The position numbers were made by a program, and so were the translations under genes. DNA of 64,000 bases from a bacterium (lineage in GTDB: Bacteria > CLD3 > SB21). Shown here one piece after another: positions 9,062 through 18,619 of this stretch. The notes beneath the pieces were generated by a model that did not search any database, was not told the origin of the DNA, and was given only the letters and a program-made list of their open reading frames with translations. The stretch is from positions 104,470 through 168,469 of the forward strand of contig JABWCP010000006.1 of assembly GCA_013360215.1 (NCBI GenBank), given 5' to 3'. Numbering within the stretch: position 1 is the stretch's first letter; each line of letters opens with the position of its first letter.

Positions 9062-9940
9062 ATGCCCAAAGTAATTTGTGTGGCCAACCCCAAAGGCGGC
9101 GTTGGGAAAACAACGACTTCTATCAATTTGGCGGCGTCGTTGGCCAAGTTTGGTAAACGTACGTTGCTTATTGACCTTGATCCGAGCGGCGCAGCGAGTG
9201 TCGGCGTCGGTTTTACGCGTGAAAATGCAACGTTTGGCGTGTACGATCTGTATAAACATCCCGAAAGTTTGGATGAAGCGATTGTAAGAAAGGCGATATA
9301 CGCCAGCGGTACCGAGCGTCTGGATGTGATGCCGTCCAATGTATGGACGAGCGAAGAAGAAAATGAACTTTTGAAACTCTCCGCAAAACTCACGCGGCTT
9401 CGCATTATGATTAATTTTGTCCGTAATGATTATGATTATTTTATCATCGATTGCCCACCTTTTCTCAGTAATCTGACATTGGGTGCATTTACGGCTTCGG
9501 ATTCGACCATCGTACCGGTTCAATGCGGTTTTTTTGCGTTGCATGCTTTGGAACGATTGATGAAGTTTTACCGTAAAGTGCGCGAATCCATTAATCCGTA
9601 TCTCAAGATCGAAGGCATTTTGATCACGATGTATGAAAAAGGGACGAATGTCAGCGTAAAAACCGTACGCGATGCACGAGCCGTTTTTGAAGATTTGGTT
9701 TTTGGAGTGATTATCCCTAAGAACGTAAAAATAGGGGACGCTGCATTTCAGAAAAAACCGGTTGTTACTTATGATTCTTCATCAGCCGGTGCGAAAGCGT
9801 ATATCCAACTTGCGGAGGTTATTTTACATAGAGATGACCCTCAATGGGATATTCAAGCGCATGTACAAACTCCGAATGAACCCCGTCAGGAACCCCAGAC
9901 GATCACGGACGCCGTATCATCCAGTGAAGAAAAGGCTTGA
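9062..9940 (+). CDS. Orphan ParA/Soj-family ATPase
   Basis: Deviant Walker A KGGVGKTT, IDLDP, IDCPP, IPKNVK; no parB adjacent. Confidence 0.9.
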   Translation: MPKVICVANPKGGVGKTTTSINLAASLAKFGKRTLLIDLDPSGAASVGVGFTRENATFGVYDLYKHPESLDEAIVRKAIYASGTERLDVMPSNVWTSEEENELLKLSAKLTRLRIMINFVRNDYDYFIIDCPPFLSNLTLGAFTASDSTIVPVQCGFFALHALERLMKFYRKVRESINPYLKIEGILITMYEKGTNVSVKTVRDARAVFEDLVFGVIIPKNVKIGDAAFQKKPVVTYDSSSAGAKAYIQLAEVILHRDDPQWDIQAHVQTPNEPRQEPQTITDAVSSSEEKA

Positions 9941-10041
9941 CTTAGGAAGCCAAAAAAGGCTTGTAACTTCCTGAAAAAACAAATACATTGCACTAGCTGT
10001 ACACGTCGAAGATTCATACCCAAATTCTTATTCGGTTTATT

Positions 10042-10641
10042 GTGATAGACACATTTTTGCCACGTGTTTTAGGAAAGATTATTTTAGCATCCGCTTCGCC
10101 GCGACGGGCACAGATATTAAAACAAGTCGGTTTTGATTTTGATGTGATGCCGAGTGCCATTGAAGAAGTTTCTGAACACCACGAACCGGTCGAGTATGCG
10201 CGCGAAATTGCTCAAAAAAAGGCCTTGGATATTGCTCAAAAATATCCCGAGCGAATTGTTATCGCGGCGGATACGATCGTGTGTTTGGACGGGCATATTT
10301 TAGGAAAACCGTCCGACGAGAAAGACGCATGGCGTATGCTGCGTTTTTTGAGCGGGCGTAATCATCAGGTATATACGGCATTTGCCATATCTCACCGGTC
10401 ACGCAATGTGAATAAGGTGGAACACGAATTAACACAGGTGCACTTTCGCCGGTTGCGGGATGAAGAAATCGCCATGTACATTGCCACCGGAGCGCCGTTT
10501 GATAAAGCCGGGGCTTACGGCATACAGGATGCCAGCGCTATTTTTGTAGATCGTATTGATGGTGATTTTTACAATGTGGTGGGATTACCTGTGACAAGGT
10601 TGTATCAGGTTTTGACGGACACGTATTTGGAAAAACGATGA
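10042..10641 (+). CDS. maf: Maf-family nucleoside triphosphate pyrophosphatase
   Basis: ILASASPRR, ADTIV, LGKP, DKAGAYGIQ, NVVGLP. Confidence 0.95.
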   Translation: MIDTFLPRVLGKIILASASPRRAQILKQVGFDFDVMPSAIEEVSEHHEPVEYAREIAQKKALDIAQKYPERIVIAADTIVCLDGHILGKPSDEKDAWRMLRFLSGRNHQVYTAFAISHRSRNVNKVEHELTQVHFRRLRDEEIAMYIATGAPFDKAGAYGIQDASAIFVDRIDGDFYNVVGLPVTRLYQVLTDTYLEKR

Positions 10642-11420
10642 GTAATGCATATTACAAAGAACTTTCCGGATGGTTGCGTCAGGCGCGTGCGGATCAGCAC
10701 ATAACGGCGGCGGCGGTTGCCTTGCGAACCCGAATGCCGTTAGAAACGATCGAAAAAATCGAAGCCGGCGATTTGGATTTTGCTACACCGGTATTCATAC
10801 AGGGATATCTTAAAAATTATGCGGACGCGATCGGCCTTGATTCGGCGGCTGTCGTGCGGGAATATAAAGTAATTCGTACTAAAATAGCGTATGTGACGTC
10901 GGACCGCGGGCAAGTAGTGGCACGTGCTACGGCGCAACACAGCGGAAATCCGGATGATCTTTCGTCTGAAATCATACCGTTTGATCCCGACTCCCATGCA
11001 TTTGCGCCGCACTCGGAGTTGGATCAGGCCGTTCGAAAAAAAATTTCAACTGAAAAATGGACGAATATCATCATGATGAGCTCTGCGGCTTGTATGGTGA
11101 TTCTTAGTTTGTACTGGGTCGTCTCTGATGATCATTCGCAGGACGAAGAGACAGCGGCCAATTTGGCCAAATACGAACGGAAAGCGGAAACATTTAAACA
11201 AGCTAAAATCGAACCGCGTAAAAGGTTGTCTTTTTACTTTTCCGAACCGATTCTAACGGACGAAGAAATCAACAGGAAATTGGAAGTCCGCGAACGAGAA
11301 CAACAGGACAGTATGCGTTTAGCGATATATCAAAAAAATCAAAAATGGCCGAGCGGCCAAAAAGTGCGTGCCATCACAGTACAAGAAGCCGCCTTGGATT
11401 ATGCTCAATCAATGAAATAA
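10638..11420 (+). CDS. RodZ-like HTH membrane protein
   Basis: N-terminal LRQAR...IEKIEAG...FIQGYLKNYADAIGLD (HTH_25-like) and one TM helix; ATGA overlap with maf. Confidence 0.7.
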   Translation: MSNAYYKELSGWLRQARADQHITAAAVALRTRMPLETIEKIEAGDLDFATPVFIQGYLKNYADAIGLDSAAVVREYKVIRTKIAYVTSDRGQVVARATAQHSGNPDDLSSEIIPFDPDSHAFAPHSELDQAVRKKISTEKWTNIIMMSSAACMVILSLYWVVSDDHSQDEETAANLAKYERKAETFKQAKIEPRKRLSFYFSEPILTDEEINRKLEVREREQQDSMRLAIYQKNQKWPSGQKVRAITVQEAALDYAQSMK

Positions 11421-11458
11421 ATTTTAAGACGAAGATAGCGTTTTCGGGAGATGAAATT

Positions 11459-13063
11459 ATGCTAAAGAAACTCAATGACATGAAACTACGAGCCAAACTC
11501 ATGGCGGGGTTCGGCGTTTTTTCAGCCATTTTTATAACTACCGTAACGATCGTTTTTACCGTCAAACTGCATACCACGGCGGTAAATCATCAGTCGCTGA
11601 TACTGCGCAGTTTTGCCGAATTGACTGCCAAAAACATCAGCGCGGGATTGGATTTTGGCGATAAGGGTTCCGTGGTCAGTGCGTTTGATGCGCTCAGAAC
11701 TCATGCCGAATTTATCATGGTGCACGACGTAAGCGGCGAAAACTTTGCTACCTTTTATCGCGATCCTAAGATAGAAGATCGGATTGATCCCGTGGTCAAC
11801 GAACAAATCGGTCGCTGGCGTGAAGCTAAAAAAAGCGATTGGACGTTTGATGCATTGGATATGAATTGTATCGTCGTGCCGGTATTTAACAGCGCCGGTA
11901 ATGAAATCGGGAATCTCTCATTGGGTATGTCAACGAAGTCCATTAATGATGAATTGCAATCCAATATTATTTTCAGTTTTATACTTCTTATAGTGACTGT
12001 CGGTGTGGGAATAGGTGTCGTGTATTGGATTAGCGGACTTTTGGTAAGGCCGTTGATGAATATTGTAGATCGGTTTAAGGACATCGCCGAAGGAGAAGGC
12101 GATTTAACGCGCCGGATACATATTGATGCCAAAGATGAAGTCGGTGAGTTGGCTGCCGCGTTTAACCAATTTTTGAATAAGTTAGAAGAAATCATGCGTC
12201 AAGTAGCGCGCACATCCGAGCAGATTTCGGCCTCGGTGGAGTCGATCAGCAAGGCCAGTTCCGACGTCGCCGGCGGTGCGGAACAACAATCCAATCAAGC
12301 CACGTTGGTGGCGGTTGCTGCCGAAGAGATGTCTGCTACGATCGTACAGACAACGGCCAATACCGGTGATGCGGTGCGACTATCCCAGCAGGCTGAAGAA
12401 GCTACCGACCGCGGAAAAATGGTTGTTGAGGATACGGTCAACGGGTTACAAAATATTTCTTCGGTGGTCAGTGAGTCGGCTCAGACATTACTGGAATTGG
12501 GTAAAACCGTCGCTCAGATCGGTACCGTGATCGAAGTTATCAACGACATTGCCGACCAAATCAACCTATTGTCACTCAATGCTTCGATCGAAGCCGCGAC
12601 AGCCGGTGATGCAGGAAAAGGTTTTGCCGTTGTCGCCAATGAAGTGAAAAACCTGGCGGAGGATACGACCCGTTCTACGACGGAAATATCTCAGATGATC
12701 GAAAAAATCCAACACGCTATGGCTAACGCGATTCGTGCGATGGAGCGCGGAACGATGGAAGTAGAAAAAGGACGTGCCTTGGGGCATAAAACGGCCGAGG
12801 CTTTTGACGAAATTTTGAAAGCCAGCGAACATGTTCGCGAAATGATAACGAATATTTCCGTTTCATCCCAGCAGCAGAGCCATTCGGCAGAAGAAATTTC
12901 CAGAAACATTGAAACCATTGCCGGTATTACACGCAACACGGCCCAAGGCGTGCGTCAAATAGATGGTACCACGGATGCTTTGGTCAACCATACGTCCGCA
13001 CTAAAGACCCTTGTCGGACGATTTAAACTGAATGAGCAAGATCGTGCACAAAATTACAACTAA
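11459..13063 (+). CDS. Methyl-accepting chemotaxis protein (two TM, periplasmic sensor, HAMP)
   Basis: GDLTRRI...DEVGEL HAMP; IADQINLLSLNASIEAATAGDAGKGFAVVANEVK. ATG 11459 follows SD GGGAG. Confidence 0.95.
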   Translation: MLKKLNDMKLRAKLMAGFGVFSAIFITTVTIVFTVKLHTTAVNHQSLILRSFAELTAKNISAGLDFGDKGSVVSAFDALRTHAEFIMVHDVSGENFATFYRDPKIEDRIDPVVNEQIGRWREAKKSDWTFDALDMNCIVVPVFNSAGNEIGNLSLGMSTKSINDELQSNIIFSFILLIVTVGVGIGVVYWISGLLVRPLMNIVDRFKDIAEGEGDLTRRIHIDAKDEVGELAAAFNQFLNKLEEIMRQVARTSEQISASVESISKASSDVAGGAEQQSNQATLVAVAAEEMSATIVQTTANTGDAVRLSQQAEEATDRGKMVVEDTVNGLQNISSVVSESAQTLLELGKTVAQIGTVIEVINDIADQINLLSLNASIEAATAGDAGKGFAVVANEVKNLAEDTTRSTTEISQMIEKIQHAMANAIRAMERGTMEVEKGRALGHKTAEAFDEILKASEHVREMITNISVSSQQQSHSAEEISRNIETIAGITRNTAQGVRQIDGTTDALVNHTSALKTLVGRFKLNEQDRAQNYN

Positions 13064-13841
13064 TACTCCGCGGAAAACGGTTTATGCAGACCTCATGCAG
13101 GTTTGCGAACAGCGCGGTTCGGGCTATTTTGTACTCATTGATCCCGACAAAAAAACGGAAGCGGAGACGTTGCAGACCGTGTCCCATTGCGCCGAAGCGG
13201 GTGTGGACGCGATTTTGATCGGGAGCAGCCTTATGCTTAGCAGCCGATTTGGCAGTACGATCCAGGCAATAAAAAAAGAATTTTCTTTGCCCGTTATTAT
13301 TTTTCCGGGTAGCACGATTCAGCTTTCCGAATACGCGGATGCGTTATTATTTTTATCCCTTATCAGCAGCCGCAATCCGGAGTTTTTGATAACCACTCAG
13401 GTGCTTGGGGCGCCGATTGTTCGCAAGATGGGATTGGAAGCCATTTCGACGGGATACATGCTTATCGAATCCGGTAAAGTAACGTCCGCTGAATTCATGA
13501 GTAATTCCAAACCCATACCACGAGACAAAAATGACATTGCTGTTGCTCATGCTTTAGCCGGCGAATACCTCGGCATGAAAACAATTTATCTCGAAGCCGG
13601 AAGCGGAGCGTTGCATTCTGTGCCGGCAGAAATGGTTTCTGCGGTCAGTGAGTATGTGAATATACCGGTGATCGTTGGCGGGGGTATTCGTACGCCCGAA
13701 GACGCCCTTCAAAAAGTAGAGGCCGGCGCTTCGTTTGTTGTGACCGGTAATGTGCTGGAACACTCCGGAAGCTTGTCATTGATTCGTGAATTTGCGAATG
13801 CAATACACTGGAAAACTCCGGCGGCTCAAAAACATGCGTGA
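13032..13841 (+). CDS. Geranylgeranylglyceryl phosphate synthase, group II
   Basis: VLIDPDK, DAILIGSS, LPVIIFPG, ADALLFLSLISSRNP, YLEAGSGA, VGGGIRT, VTGN. Confidence 0.92.
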   Translation: MSKIVHKITTNTPRKTVYADLMQVCEQRGSGYFVLIDPDKKTEAETLQTVSHCAEAGVDAILIGSSLMLSSRFGSTIQAIKKEFSLPVIIFPGSTIQLSEYADALLFLSLISSRNPEFLITTQVLGAPIVRKMGLEAISTGYMLIESGKVTSAEFMSNSKPIPRDKNDIAVAHALAGEYLGMKTIYLEAGSGALHSVPAEMVSAVSEYVNIPVIVGGGIRTPEDALQKVEAGASFVVTGNVLEHSGSLSLIREFANAIHWKTPAAQKHA

Positions 13842-14563
13842 GTAGTGTGGGCATACGACGGCGTGCATTGTTGGTGTTTGCCAAGTTACCCGAACCGGGT
13901 CAAGTAAAAACCCGATTGATACCAGCGCTTGGAAAAGACGGGGCCTGCAGTTTATATCAGGCTTTTTTGAAAGACAGCATTATTCAATATACCAGGCTTT
14001 CTTTAGAAGTGGGTTATACACCGTATTTATTTGTTACACCGTCGGAAGCGGTTCCGTTTTTTGAAAAATTTTGTGATACGCTAACTTCGGAAATTGGGAC
14101 GAACAACGCATGGCAAGTGCGATTGCAATCACAAGGGGATTTGGGCGCCCGTATGAAAGAAGCGTTCGCCGGGCTTTTTGCTCAAAACTATGATGCATGC
14201 TGGATTATCGGCACCGATCACCCGACGCTGCCGGACGCTTATGTGGTGGATGCGTTTCGTTACTTGGATCAATATGATGCCGTCATCGGCCCTGCCGACG
14301 ATGGCGGTTATTATGGTTTGGGATTGCAGCGAAGAATGGATTTTTTATTTGAAGATATACCTTGGAGCACGGAAGAAGTTTTGTCCACTACTCAACTACG
14401 GATGCAGAACAATGGGGTGAATTATTATCCGATCAAGCCGTGGTATGATGTGGATGAGCCGGCGGATATGTATCACCTCAAACGTGATTTAGACAAGGCC
14501 GGGATGCGATGTAATTATACGAAGCAATGGTTTGAACAACATGGGATGACATATGGCCGATAA
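13838..14563 (+). CDS. DUF2064/TIGR04282-type glycosyltransferase (usually rSAM/arsenosugar-associated)
   Basis: FAKLPEPGQVKTRL, QGDLGARM, IGTDHPTL, GPADDGGYY, WYDVD. Confidence 0.9.
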   Translation: MSSVGIRRRALLVFAKLPEPGQVKTRLIPALGKDGACSLYQAFLKDSIIQYTRLSLEVGYTPYLFVTPSEAVPFFEKFCDTLTSEIGTNNAWQVRLQSQGDLGARMKEAFAGLFAQNYDACWIIGTDHPTLPDAYVVDAFRYLDQYDAVIGPADDGGYYGLGLQRRMDFLFEDIPWSTEEVLSTTQLRMQNNGVNYYPIKPWYDVDEPADMYHLKRDLDKAGMRCNYTKQWFEQHGMTYGR

Positions 14564-15026
14564 ACAAAAAAATCTGAAATTCCTTCACTTTCGATCCGGC
14601 AACAGCGACTATGCCGTTGAACTGGAATACGTGAAAGAAATTATACGCAGCGTTGCCGTTTCTCCGATGAGCGAGCTGCCCCCGTTTGCGCCGGGCGTCA
14701 TCAATCTTCGAGGAGAAATCATACCAATTATTGATTTCCTTTTGCGTTCGGGTGCCGGTGCGACGACGTTGCGTCTGAAATCGCGCATCATCATTATGCG
14801 GATTCATGATATTACGGCCGGGCTGCTTGTCGATGACGTTTTGGAAACCCTTGAAGTCGAACCATCGGATATTACACGTAATTTGCACGCCGATGTCCTC
14901 ATTGACGTCAAATATATTCAGGGTACATTTTTGTCTGGCGGTACGACGATCGTTTGTGTGGATTTGAATAAATTGATGACGGACAAAGAATACGCTGTTT
15001 TACGTCACGAAGTCAAACATGCTTAA
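14553..15026 (+). CDS. cheW: Chemotaxis coupling protein
   Basis: VKEII...P...GVINLRGEIIPIID...GLLVDDV. Confidence 0.93.
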   Translation: MADKQKNLKFLHFRSGNSDYAVELEYVKEIIRSVAVSPMSELPPFAPGVINLRGEIIPIIDFLLRSGAGATTLRLKSRIIIMRIHDITAGLLVDDVLETLEVEPSDITRNLHADVLIDVKYIQGTFLSGGTTIVCVDLNKLMTDKEYAVLRHEVKHA

Positions 15027-16722
15027 TTACCACGAAGTACATCCGATGGGCACCGGGCATGGCGTTATTGCCAAAGAAGCCGATTTTACAGATCAGGATT
15101 TTATCCGGTTTCGTAATCTGATTCGCGCCCGCAGCGGTATTTATTTCAACGACCGCAAACGTGCCGATCTCAAAAGCGGAGTATTGAAAGCGTTTCACTA
15201 TTCCGGCGTTTCCGGTTTGGATAAGTATTTTGACTTGCTGGCGTCGGATCCGACACAGTCCGCGCAATTTAAGACGCTTGTTTCTTTTCTTACCGTCGGA
15301 GAAACGTATTTTTTCAGACATTTTGATGTAATTGAAAAAGTCGTTTTACCGAGCCTTATCAAAGCACATCATCACGATAAAACAATTCGTATATGGAGTG
15401 CCGGATGTTCTACCGGGGAAGAGCCGTATACCGTTGCGATGGTATTGCATAATCTGCTACCGGATATTCGGGACTGGAAAATTTCCATCGTAGGTACGGA
15501 TATCAATGTGAATTCCGTTGAATACGCCAAAGAGGGTGTTTACAGACCGTGGTCGTTGCGTTCGATCAACGATTTTTATAAAAATTTTTATTTCGATAAA
15601 AAAGACGGATTGTACTACATCAAAGATTTTATCCGAAACATGGTTCGCTTCGACTATCTCAATCTGGTGGACGACGGTTATCCGCGGGATGAAAACGGTA
15701 CCAAAGATTTAGATTTGATTTTTTGTCGTAATGTGACCATTTATTTTGAAGCCGAGACCACCATCAAAGTGGTTAACCGTTTTTATGATTGTTTGAAGGA
15801 GAAATCGTTTTTGGCCGTCGGTCATGCGGAGCCCAGTTCGTTAGTCTATGATAAGTATATTTCCGAAATATATCCCGATGCAGTGATTTACAGAAAAGAC
15901 ACGGCCTCAAAAAAGGAGCAGCAATACAAAACAGGTATTCGTACGCGTCGCGATATTTTTAAGGAATTCAAAGATCAAACCTCGGTCGTAAAAAATCAGG
16001 GTATCATAAATAATCTAGATACACTGCAACAGAGAATTACCAAACTCGATATTACCGATACTGTTAAAAAGGAAAACCCTGTTCTCAAATCAGAGCCCAA
16101 ACCAAAAGAACCACTCTTCAAAGCGGATAATCTCACAATTACGACCATGCGTGCACCGCTGAAACCGCAACCCGGCGCGAAACCGAATGATCGTGATGCG
16201 GTGATCGAAGAAAAACGGCGTGCCGAGCTCAACGAAGCGGAACTGTTTACAATGGCACTGGAAGAATTTTATAAAAAAGATTTTCGTGAAGCCGAAAAGC
16301 ACTTTACCGCACTGATCGAAAAAAATCCCGCGAACGGTAGAGCGCTGTATATGATCGCGCACATCAATGCCAATCTCGATAATGTCAGTAAAGCCAAAGA
16401 TTTTTGCCACATGGCGATCGCCGAAGATTCCCTGATGCTGGAAGCGTATTACCTGTTGGGATTGATTTACAAAGAAGAAAATCTTTTTGACGAATCGGTG
16501 CGCATGCTTAAGAAGACGATCTATATTGATTCTGATTTTGCGATCGGGTATTACGAGTTGGCGGTCAATTATTTTAAACTCGGTGACGGCGTGCAAGCGC
16601 GAAAATATTTAAAACAAACCGAGCGTATTTTAAAAAATAAATCGGACGACGAGCGCGTAGGGATTTTGGATGACTTGAAAGTCAAAGAACTGCGCATGAT
16701 GGTTAATATGTGGGATAATTAG
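15019..16722 (+). CDS. cheR: Chemotaxis methyltransferase with C-terminal TPR domain
   Basis: GETYFFR, WSAGCSTGEEPY, GTDIN, IFCRNVTIYF, GHAE; C-terminal TPR helices. Confidence 0.95.
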   Translation: MLNYHEVHPMGTGHGVIAKEADFTDQDFIRFRNLIRARSGIYFNDRKRADLKSGVLKAFHYSGVSGLDKYFDLLASDPTQSAQFKTLVSFLTVGETYFFRHFDVIEKVVLPSLIKAHHHDKTIRIWSAGCSTGEEPYTVAMVLHNLLPDIRDWKISIVGTDINVNSVEYAKEGVYRPWSLRSINDFYKNFYFDKKDGLYYIKDFIRNMVRFDYLNLVDDGYPRDENGTKDLDLIFCRNVTIYFEAETTIKVVNRFYDCLKEKSFLAVGHAEPSSLVYDKYISEIYPDAVIYRKDTASKKEQQYKTGIRTRRDIFKEFKDQTSVVKNQGIINNLDTLQQRITKLDITDTVKKENPVLKSEPKPKEPLFKADNLTITTMRAPLKPQPGAKPNDRDAVIEEKRRAELNEAELFTMALEEFYKKDFREAEKHFTALIEKNPANGRALYMIAHINANLDNVSKAKDFCHMAIAEDSLMLEAYYLLGLIYKEENLFDESVRMLKKTIYIDSDFAIGYYELAVNYFKLGDGVQARKYLKQTERILKNKSDDERVGILDDLKVKELRMMVNMWDN

Positions 16723-16732
16723 AGATAAACGT

Positions 16733-17335
16733 ATGGCGGAACCAATGAAGCAACAAGATGTATTTGACGAAGTACACAAGCTGATGGCGGAACTTTTGTC
16801 GTCACGCTTGACGCCGGAGGCTGAAGCTAAAATTTTGGCCGGCCGTGCCGAAAAACTAAAACGTGCACATACCATCGAAGAAACGGGCGAACAGATTAGT
16901 GTGCTTATTTTCCAGTTATCGTCTGAATTTTTTGCTTTAGAAACGCAGTATGTATCTGAAGTAAGGGTACTCAGCGAAGTGACGCCGGTTCCCTGTACGC
17001 CGGATTTTGTGCTCGGAATAACTAATATTCGCGGTGCCGTATTTTCGGTGATTGATATTCGCGGTTCATTCAATTTGGAAGACCGGCCTGTCACGGATCG
17101 ATCTATGTTTTTGATGATTCAGTGGAAAGGAATTGAGCTGTGCCTATTAGCCGACGCCGTGATTGAAAAAATCAATTTACCCCGTTCGGAAGTCAAGACG
17201 ATGACCGGCGGCAATAGAGAACACATGTCGTCATTTGTGAGCGGTTTTTTTATTCGCAATGATAATAAAATTACGTTGATCAGTTGGGATAACTATGTTT
17301 CACATTCGAATATAATTGTCAACGAAGAAGTCTAA
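16733..17335 (+). CDS. cheW: Chemotaxis coupling protein (WspD-like)
   Basis: ILAGRAEKL N-terminal extension; VTPVPCTPDFVLGITNIRG. Confidence 0.92.
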   Translation: MAEPMKQQDVFDEVHKLMAELLSSRLTPEAEAKILAGRAEKLKRAHTIEETGEQISVLIFQLSSEFFALETQYVSEVRVLSEVTPVPCTPDFVLGITNIRGAVFSVIDIRGSFNLEDRPVTDRSMFLMIQWKGIELCLLADAVIEKINLPRSEVKTMTGGNREHMSSFVSGFFIRNDNKITLISWDNYVSHSNIIVNEEV

Positions 17336-17353
17336 ACTCCGGAGAATCCATAT

Positions 17354-18580
17354 ATGATTTTTTTGTTTTTTTTACTCATGGCGATACCTGCTGCAGCCAT
17401 AGGCACTTTCGTTGTTTATATGGTTTACGGAAGAAAAAAATTTATCCTTAGCGTTTTGATACGCACCGTACCTTGGTTGGTGCTCATCGTATGTGCGTCC
17501 TTTTTCATCGGTATATATTCGATGCACTGGTGGGGCTGGGTTATTGGTCTGGGCGCGGCTGTAATTTTTGGCGTTATTTATTATCTGGTGCTATTCCGCA
17601 GTACTTTTACAGTTACAATGGATATCGTGGATGTCGTAACGCGTATCGCGGATAAAGATTATTCCAAACGTTTGACATTCAAGGCCGATGGGGAATTGAA
17701 TACCATGCGTGAAAGTCTCAACTCGGTCATCGATAATTTGGAGAATACGGAAAAAACTTTGGGCGATGCCGTATCGCGTTTGTCATCGGTTGTCAGTGAG
17801 CTTAACTCGACGATGGATCAACAGGTTGTGGGGATGAATGAGCAATCTACATCGCTCAATCAGACGACAACCACGACACAAGAATTGGCCGCCACTTCGC
17901 ATCAGACAACGGAAAAAGCTCAGTTTGTCGTAGAGAGTACCGAGCGCAGTATGGATATTACGTCCAAAGGCAAAGATGCGGTAGACAATACCGTGGATGA
18001 AATGAATGAAATCAAAAAGCGTGTTGAACGTATCGCGGAGCAAATCCTTGATCTCAGCGAAAAAACGCAACAGATCGGCGTTATCACCACCACCGTCAAT
18101 GATATTGCCGAACAAACCAATATGCTTGCGTTGAACGCGGCTATCGAAGCGAGTAAGGCCGGCGAATTCGGCAAAGGTTTCGGTGTGGTGGCTTTTGAAG
18201 TCCGGAAGCTAGCCGAAAAAAGCAAAGAGGCTTCTCTGCGCATACGTGATCTGATCACCCAGATACAAAATGCAACGAATTCGACGGTTATGGCTACGGA
18301 AGAAGGCTCAAAACGCGTTGATATCGGTGTTGAAAAAATACGAGAAGCCGGAAAATATATGGATGAATCCATCCAAAGTTTGGAAGAAAGCGTAGGTTAT
18401 GCCCAACAGATTTTGGTTGGCAGCAAACAACAGACGATCGGTATCGAACAGATCACGCTGGCCATGGCCAATATCAACGAAGTCGTCAAACAAGTTGCCA
18501 AAGGAACCGCGCAAACACAAGGCGCTGTGGATTCCGTGTTAGGTTTGACCAAAGAAATGGATAGTTTAGTCAAAAAATAA
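17354..18580 (+). CDS. Methyl-accepting chemotaxis protein with three N-terminal TM helices and no periplasmic domain
   Basis: [38 protein letters not shown]; hydrophobic segments confined to the first ~80 aa. Confidence 0.94.
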   Translation: MIFLFFLLMAIPAAAIGTFVVYMVYGRKKFILSVLIRTVPWLVLIVCASFFIGIYSMHWWGWVIGLGAAVIFGVIYYLVLFRSTFTVTMDIVDVVTRIADKDYSKRLTFKADGELNTMRESLNSVIDNLENTEKTLGDAVSRLSSVVSELNSTMDQQVVGMNEQSTSLNQTTTTTQELAATSHQTTEKAQFVVESTERSMDITSKGKDAVDNTVDEMNEIKKRVERIAEQILDLSEKTQQIGVITTTVNDIAEQTNMLALNAAIEASKAGEFGKGFGVVAFEVRKLAEKSKEASLRIRDLITQIQNATNSTVMATEEGSKRVDIGVEKIREAGKYMDESIQSLEESVGYAQQILVGSKQQTIGIEQITLAMANINEVVKQVAKGTAQTQGAVDSVLGLTKEMDSLVKK

Positions 18581-18619
18581 TCATTCATCATCCGGGCCAC
18601 ATATTTTACGGATTTGCCT

